Notes under the pieces: model-generated
Databases searched by the model: none
The model's input: the letters and a program-made list of their open reading frames with translations, nothing else
Told to the model about the DNA's origin: nothing
From: Leucoraja ocellata
Taxonomy: Eukaryota
Direction: 5' to 3'
Length of the DNA: 64,000 bases
Assembly (NCBI GenBank): GCA_036785375.1
Contig: JAWMAR010000023.1
Location: 11,284,001-11,348,000 of the forward strand
Shown here: piece by piece, positions 51,101 to 60,100 of the stretch
Numbering within the stretch: position 1 is the first letter of the stretch
How the letters are laid out: each line of letters starts with the position of its first letter
Program-made: the position numbers and the translations under genes

Positions 51101-54100
51101 TGCTAACAAGTTTTTTTAAACTATTTTGACCAAGGACTGATGTTCTCAAGGAACTATCACTAAATAGATATAATCTATTGTGATTTACTTCCATTACCTA
51201 TAAGGTAAGTTGGCTCTTTGAGCCAAAACTACAATTTAGAATTCACACAGGTAGCAAAATGTTCCATTCACTGTTTCCATGTGGAACTTACCAACTCATC
51301 TTCTGCATTCTGTACAGATACACTCTTGATACATATCCCAAAAGCAAATGGATGTTCAGGGTTAGTGATATCATCCTCAAAACGCAAATGGACATCTCGA
51401 ACATTCAACTACAAATGAAACAAAACTCAGATTTTCAGATTACAGTTTATAGATAAAAGCTGTGGTCCTCTAAAAGTAATTCATTGCTTAAAACTGCAAG
51501 GTGCACTACATTCAAAACAAATTCAGACACAAACATGCTGTGATTAAATGGCATCCACAACCCATCAATGATTACATACATTATTGAGGTGAAGAGGTAA
51601 TAACACTTTTTACACAAGATAATATTGGTTTACATAAAATAAGACAGAGGGACCCAGGGAATTTAATGGTAATTGCACTTAAGGGTACTGGAGATTCCAC
51701 TCACAAAAGCAATGACAAACATGACTCGGTCCATCACAAACTCCGCAAATTTTTCTGACTGAGAGGATCACCACCACCACGCGCAAGAAGCACAAGAAGT
51801 GACAAGACAAACACCATTACATGCAGATGCCAAGAAGTGTGTTCAGCTCTGGTTGAACAACTTCTAATCTTGTGTGTGGACTCAATAAGAAGATCATCCT
51901 CAATGACAGTAGAGATCAACATGTTAGTGCAAAAAACAAAGCTGCAACATTTCTAAGCACCTGAGTGGAATTATTTCAGTTTCCTCCTGAGGGTCCTGTC
52001 ATAACGAAAGCCAATCTTTGGCCAATATGAAAACAGCCGAGAGCATTCGAGACACCCATGGCTATGAGACACAGTAACATTCCAGCTCTGGTGTTTATGA
52101 CACTCATCAGAACCAGTTGTAGCTTTAACTAAAATAGCTAAAACACTGGCAACCGCCCAACAAATTTGCAAAGTGGAATATGCCATCCACAAAAAAAGGC
52201 CAAATCAATATCCCATCTTACACTTGATCATTAGTGATAGAATGGAAGACTTCCTAACAACACCGTTTACTCTCCAATAAATATTAAGAATATTTTAGAT
52301 TCTGCCTGTCTAGCCCTTGTTGCAATCATGGCCCAATTGTTGACAAAAGTGCTTGAGATCTCGAGATAGAGGCACCATGACGGTGTAGTATCCAGGGAAT
52401 GGAATCAAATTGAAGTTAATGGACATCGGTAGAAATGTCTTCCACTGGATGGAATAACCGTGCACAGAAAGACTGAGATGATCAATATCCAATCAGCTCA
52501 GCAAGGGGATTTAATTGGGGCAATGTTCTAGGCCCAAGCAGCCTTTGCTCCTTCATCAGTTATCTTTCCTGCAATTTCACAGTTGAAACATATTTACTGC
52601 TGATGATTGTCATTAATGAATGCTTCCTTTCCAACTACTCAAATAAAGCAATTGTGCATGCATTCAGCAAAATATTCAGGTTTAAGCAGATAAAATGGTT
52701 GTATGAATAGCACATGTTTCATACAAAGTCAATTTCTTATGAGAATCTATCTTCCCATTAACATTTCGTGGAGCGATTTAGACTGTTCCAGCTTTATAAA
52801 CATTGTGGCTACATGGTAGGTCACAGGTTGGAAATAAAAATCACTGAGCACAGAAACAGGCCACTTGGCACACAGAGTCGGCACTAACCAACACATCATT
52901 TCTTGCAGATTTATTAGCCTCCAACTCTTAAAGCTTTTCCACCATCTGTAGAGCACAGGTCAGGAATAAAAAGGAATACTCTCCAATTGTCTGCTTGCAC
53001 AGATGAGTGCACTTCCAATAAAAGCCAACAGCTCAATGGCACTGTAATTGGCCTCTGTAAATTGCCCCTAGTGTGTAGAGAGAGGATGCGATGTGAGCTA
53101 ACGTAAAACTATTGTAAACGAGTGATCGATGGTCGGCGTGGACTCAGTGGCCAAAGGGCCTGTACCCACACTGTCTCTACACTAACTCAACAGCATCAAA
53201 AGCAACATAGTCTCTTCCCTTCTTGTCTTGTACACTTCCTTCAAAACAGGCAGACGACCAGGGTTGCAGTTTGGATTATTTATGCGACCTATTGAAGCAA
53301 CCAAGATATCTTTCGTAGTACAATGGGCATCAATTTCAAAAAGACAAGGACATCATTAAGTTCACTTGCACTTCTTCGTCTCGGGAATATTTTGTTGCTT
53401 CATAAAAATTCTCGAACCTTCCACTAAATAACTCTTGAGAATACCTTTAACCACACAAACTGCACAACTCAAGACAAAAGGCCACTAACACATTCTCAGA
53501 GGTAGCTCAGAAGAGGAAATAAATTCTGGCTTTGCATTGATGACAACTCAGGCAAAGCCTTTATCCTTACTGGAATGATTCTAAATGCAAGTTGTATTTT
53601 TCACATACATATTAATTAGAAAGTTTTCCATATAGGTTTCTTCCTATTAAAATTCTAAAGATACAATTTGAATTATGTATTTTCAAAAGTTACTTAAGTA
53701 GATCAGTTTAATGAAAACAAATGTTTTTATTTTGTTATCTTTCATATAAAATAACTATTTAATTACAACTTTCCAACTCACCTCCACATTTTCCACAATT
53801 CTGGTTACCATGGACGCAGTAGCCGAGTACCAATAAGACTCCCCTTTCTGCTGTTGGTCACTCTGGAACAAAAGTCACCCTTTAATTTTAAATGTACGTC
53901 AATAAAACATGGGAAATATTACACTACACATTTATTGAAATTTTATCCCAGAAGATAATTTGAGCAAATGTGCAAGTTTTTGTTTAAAAATGGAGATATT
54001 TACAGTACATAAGCCTTCTAAATTTCTCCATCACTCAATCCCAAAAGATTGAAAGAATTGCATTTATATAATTAATTATAATCCTTATTTTACGTTCCCT

Positions 54101-57100
54101 TATTTATATGTATAGTAATAAGATAGTAAACACTTGCAAACCCTTTCAACATTTTAAATACCATTTGATTTTCACTTAAGTTTTCAGTTCAACTGACTTG
54201 AGTAAATTTAGTTCATGTTTGTTAAATCCTTCATTAAAAAATAAATAAATGAAAAGGCCACCCTGCATTTTTATACAATATATAAATGTTAAAACAAGCT
54301 AAGATCAGATCAGCCATGGTCTCAATGCCAAAGCAAGCTTGGGATCCATTTCTTATGATTGATGGGATCAATTTCAAAGTAAACATTAATCTACTTGAAC
54401 AAATTAATTCCTCCATTATAATACTGAACTGTGCACTCATTCACACAATGAGCAATCTGTTGTTTGATTTCAAGAGCTAAGTATTAATAACAGCTATAAC
54501 TATATGTATGATGACAACTGGGATGCAAAATTGACAAAGAAACATGAAATAAATAATGGTGAAAAGTTTTCACAGACAAGAGCGAACTATATGTAAGTGC
54601 TCAGTAGGTTAGTATAAGGGTCCCTGAACTTTGTAGCACATGTTAGTAATCTGGTGGCCCATAGATTGCATAGCTTTGTGCAGATAATTTATTTAACAAA
54701 AAGTCAGAAGTACACCAAATGTTAACCAACACACTTCAGGAGACCATTGACCAAATTGTAAAATAGGAAATATTGATATATTTGGAAGATTGCAACAAGG
54801 CCACATAAACAAAAGGCTACAGATATTAGAGCCCTGAAATAAATGCAGAAAATATTCAGCAGGTCAGATTGCAACTGTGAAGAGAAAGAGTTAAAATGCC
54901 TTTTCTTTAGAGCTGTAATAGTTGGAGATAAACAAGTTATAAGATCTAGAGAAAGATCTAAATGCAGAATAATTATCTGAAATCACTGTATGAAAGTGGA
55001 AGGAAGGTCAGCTTAAAAGTCTGATTTTAAAGAGTTTGCAATATTTCAGGGTGTTTGGCATGGCATTTTCTCACTACTCTCCAACTGATCTCCGAACAAG
55101 TTGGCCCTGAACCAGGAAATGACTTGCGTCACTGAATCATCACCAACTTTGCAATCCCTCTCTGTGACCTGGAGCAACGTTGTTTGCCCCCTTGGAGTGA
55201 TATCCATTTTGTGAATTGCTTGATATCCATTTTGTGAATTCTAATCAGCCACTTTGTTTATCCATCCTCATCTTCTGGAATTCTTCTTGGTTCTTTTCAT
55301 GAAGCAGGTTAGTTTATTTCTGTTGGATTCCTCCATTACTTATGTTCCAAATCTCTGCTGTACCACACTTATTAATTTGTAATATGCTACACCATCCAAC
55401 TGAAGGCAAATTTCACAGTAACAGGAACGGAGACGGGGAAACACTTTTTCTCACAGAGTTGTGAATCTGTGGAATTCTCTGCCTCAGGTTCTCTGGATGC
55501 TTTCAAGAGAGAGCTAGATAGGGCTCTTAAAGATAGCGGAGTCAGGGGATATGGGGAGAAGGCAGGAATGGGGTACTGACTGGGGATGATCAGCCATGAT
55601 CACATTGAATGGCGGAGCTGGCTCGAAGGGCTGAATGGTCTACTCCTGCACCTATTGTCTATTGATTATAACAACTGGAAACGAATAGCCAGAGAATTAA
55701 AAATGACAGAATAACTTTTTCGGAGAGATTTAGAGAGTTTCAGAAGAATATAAGCACAAATGATGAATATAGAAACATTATATGAAAAGCAGCAACATCA
55801 GCTGATGATTCAATTAACTTGCATAAGGATGCAAGCCTTTTAACACTGCTGAGATTAATGTTAAACATTGGAAGGGACAATGTGAAGATTGTCTACACCC
55901 TGTAGGTCTGTGTGCTTGTGGTGTTGATCAGACCAAGGCCCAGATGAAACATATTAAATTATTGAAGGTCGTTTATTAAAGCATTGCTAAAATGATGAAA
56001 CTAAATACTGAAATACCATCCTGTCTCTTTACAATGGCTCATACAGATTACAATGTTCAGTTTAGGTTACCACACATGATTAGTGTTGAAAAGACACCTC
56101 AAAACGGTCAGAAAAATTTAGGGGTCATCAAAAGCTATGGGTGAGAATAGTGGCTTTTATATTGTAGAAAATGATAGACTTCAAAGAGATTCTTTGAAGT
56201 AAGTTAATTTTTTGTGGATAGGTTAGGCATATTGGCGTAACTTATATAAAGTACAAACTAGGTCATGCACAAGGATGCCACTTATTACTTCAGAAATAAT
56301 GGTTGATAAGAATAGATAGTGTAGATTCAGTGCAGGCATTCAAGAATGAACTGGGAACATCCGAGTTTGGCCAATGCAGCAGCTACTTGAGGTAATCGGG
56401 TTCGACTGATGTGCTTCCAGTCACAGTGGTCAGAGATGCAGTCCAAGAGTTTTTTCCTAAACTAGTTAGAGATTTCTACCAAAATATTTTTTAAATCTGT
56501 CCACGAAAATGGCATGGTTTATGGGGTAGGACATAGGAGGGTGAAGCTGTGTATGAATCACAACAACAGGATTTGATAATTATTGGTCTATCTGGTCACT
56601 TACTCTTCTATTCTTCTGATGGATTCTTATCTGTATGGACAAAGTGCAACAAGTTTTTATATATGGTGTGCGACTTTAAATCTTCTCCCAAGCACAATTC
56701 TCAGGCAAGGAACAACTGTTCTAAGAACACTCATGATATAAGCAGGATGGGGAAAATCTGCATATTCAGCTTCAGGCAGTGGGCCTGGCACATGAAGCTG
56801 TAAAGTCCTGAAATTAGAAACGTCTCATTACTCCAGTAACCTTTTCCACATTACCGATCATCACTGAAATAAATTATGAGGTAAAATTAAAATTGAGAAT
56901 TGATCTTAACAGTGAAGTGTCAGATTGTCCACCACATCAACAATTTAATGAGTCAGTGCTTAAGTTGGGCTATATGTAGAAATGTATCAGTCTTAGTGGA
57001 GACCTGCACCTTACTATTATGCAGGTAGCATAAAGAGCTTTGAACTTGCATTCCTAAGAAACCAACCTTCCATTTTGCCTCCAGAGCATTCAGTAATTCA

Positions 57101-60100
57101 CTCTTTCTCTTCCTGTCCAGTGACCGTTCCGTCTCTTCATCAAATTCAGACTGTTTAATTGGTGCACCGATCAGATGGAGCTTGGAGATGGATATGACCC
57201 AGGGTTCCACATGAGGCCGGTAGAATGGGATCTGCAACGTTATCTTCCCAATAAAACCTGAAAATGTGCATACACGCTTTATAGACACAAGCTAGCAAGG
57301 CGAACTTTCTCCTGATCCTGGCTTCACTGGCAAGACCAGTGTTAACTTTAGCCTTTAAAACTCAGAGCCAAATGTGAGCCATCTTACAAAATACTTACAT
57401 TGAGCCCTCTTCTCTTTCTCCACCAGCCTCCAGCTAACCCGACCAAAGCACCTTGAGCACAATTCTGCCCCAAATTAGTCTTTCTTCAGTAATTACACTC
57501 AACAACATGCATTTCCTTATTATGTCCTTATTTTCAAAGTTGAAACATTTATGACATATAAAGCAATACTGAAACTCGATATATACACCACAGAAATAAA
57601 TGGAAAATATGGACTTTTTATTAATATATTTTGTGTCTGCTTACCTGCCTTTACCTCAAAAGGTAAATCCAATTCTTTGAGGGCGTCTTTCTTTAGAGGA
57701 AGGTTTTCCAATTCAACAGCGCCTACATTGAAATAATAACACAAATTGTAGTACAGCTCAGTAAAACAGTAACTGTTTGGAGCTTGTTAAAACAAAGATT
57801 GTCTTTTGGTTCAGTTTCACGATTAGGCACTTTCAGATCAAGTAAACATGGTTAAATGTAGAGAAAAGTGTCTTCAGTCCCAGTACGAGCTTCACTTTCC
57901 AAACTGCTACTTCATTAATACAACATTTCTATTAATACTGTTACAAATTTTGCATCTCAATCAAATGCAATCAAAAGTGCCACAGGGCTGTGTGCTCAGC
58001 CCTCTCCTCTACTCCCTCTTCACCCACGACTGCATCCCAAAGTACGGATCCAACGCCATTATTAAGTTTGCTGACGATACCACGGTAGTAGGACTGATCA
58101 GCGACAACGATGAGTCAGCCTACAGGGATGAGATCCAGCACCTGACCACCTGGTGTGCCGACAATAACCTCATCCTCAACTCCAAAAAGACGAAGGAGAT
58201 TATTGTCGACTTCAGGCAGACCAGAGGAGGCAGTCATACCGCCATCCATATCAACGGGACTGAGGTGGAGCGCGTCTCCAGCTATAAATTCCTCGGAGTG
58301 CATATCTCGGAGGACTTGTCCTGGTCCCTCAACACCTCCAAGCTGATCAAAAAGGCACAGCAGCGCCTTTACTTCCTTAGGAGGCTCAAGAAAGCCCACC
58401 TGTCCCCCCAGATCCTGACCAACTTTTACCGCTGTACCATAGAGAGTATCCTGACCACCTGCTTCACGGTATGGTACAGCAGCTGCACTGCTGCGGACAG
58501 GAAAGCACTACAACGGGTGGTGAAAACCGCGCAGCACATCATCGGTGCCCCGCTCCCTGCCATGGATGCCCTCCACCGAAAACGGTGTCTGAGACGGGCT
58601 GGGAAGATCATCAAAGACCCCTCACACCCCAACCATGGACTGTTTGCCCTCCTCCCATCAGGGAGGCGGTACAGGAGCCTCAGGTCACGTACCAGCAGGA
58701 TGAGGAAAAGCTTCTATAACAACACAATCACACTGCTGAACTCGGAGTCCCAACGATAGACTTCTCTGGTCCCTCCGTCCCCCTGTGTTTAATCATTCTG
58801 TATTTCCTGATTATTCTGTATCTTCTCTCTTTCTATTTTTTTTTTCTTGTTTTTTCTCTTTATGTACAACTACTACGGACTGACGCAAAACTGCATTTCG
58901 TTGTACTGATACTTGTATTTTGTGCGATGACATTAAAGTTGAATTGAATTGAATTGAATTGAATATTCCCATGGTTTGCCATTCACAAGTTATTCCCATG
59001 AGCGCAATTCAACCCTTCCAAACAGATACATTTCCATACAATTCTGGTCACCCTACTATATGAAGAACGTCATTAACCTGGAAAGGTTTTTCCATAAAAA
59101 ATATTTATGAAGACGCTACTGGGTCTGGAAGGTTTGAGTTAAGAGGAGAGGCCTAATCGCTAGCAGGAGCTTCCTGAGTGGAAAAGAACAGATATCAGAG
59201 CGATTCACCTCCCAAGGTCACTGATCCAATGGTTCTGATTATTAAATACACTTTAACACAACTGCTTCTGATTAAATATTTAAACCCAGGTTTGAGTTAA
59301 AAACAGAGGCTGGGGTGTCAGAGGCTGAAGGATGACAAGGATGAGGTTTATAAAATCATGAGGGCCAACATAATGTGAATAGCCAGTCTTTTCTCCCCAG
59401 AGTAGGGAAGCCTATAACAAGGCAAAGATTTAAGGTGAGCGTGGTGCGTATATGAAACGAAGTGGAAGGCGTGGATACAATTATGACTTTTAAGAGACAC
59501 TTGGGCAGGCACATGGATAGGAAACAGATATGGGTCAGGCACAGGCTAGCGGGACTAGCTCGATTAGGCAGCTTGGTTGGATGGATGAGTTGGTGCTGAA
59601 GGGTGTGCTTCCGTACTGTATGGCTCAATAACTGTGACTGATATTAACTGTTCAGAGCAGTATGGTTAAAGGCAGGCCCGCAGAATATCAAAATTATATG
59701 GAAAATATTTTATGCTTATTTTGTACATAAATACCTAATATGCAGAAACTCCAATTCATACTAATGAGATGTCACAACGTCAAGCTCATAGCTTACTTCC
59801 CGACAAACAGTGAAGAATATATAACAAAGAAAGAATATCTTCGAATGTAAAGATGCACTGCAGTAAATTGAGATCAATGAAATCAGGTATCAGTCTGAAA
59901 CTGTCATAAAGAATAAAGAGCACACATCTTATCCTGTGGAGCAAACTGGTGAAAAGTAGAATAAACTTGATAATGGAATGAAAAGTTAGTTGACATTTCC
60001 AAAAGCAACATGACATACAAGCAAATGACCACTATAATAATTCAGTTATGAGAAACTAATATATACAAAATCAAGCTGCAGTGAAATAACATAGCAGACA

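Noticed and set aside
55198-55240. Short tandem duplications (here and at ~19162-19192)
   Set aside because: Ordinary slippage duplications with no further structure.
57848-58759. 303-aa reverse transcriptase as a host gene or retron-like system
   Set aside because: 5'-truncated Rex1/Babar LINE; the first ~43 codons are flanking intron sequence.
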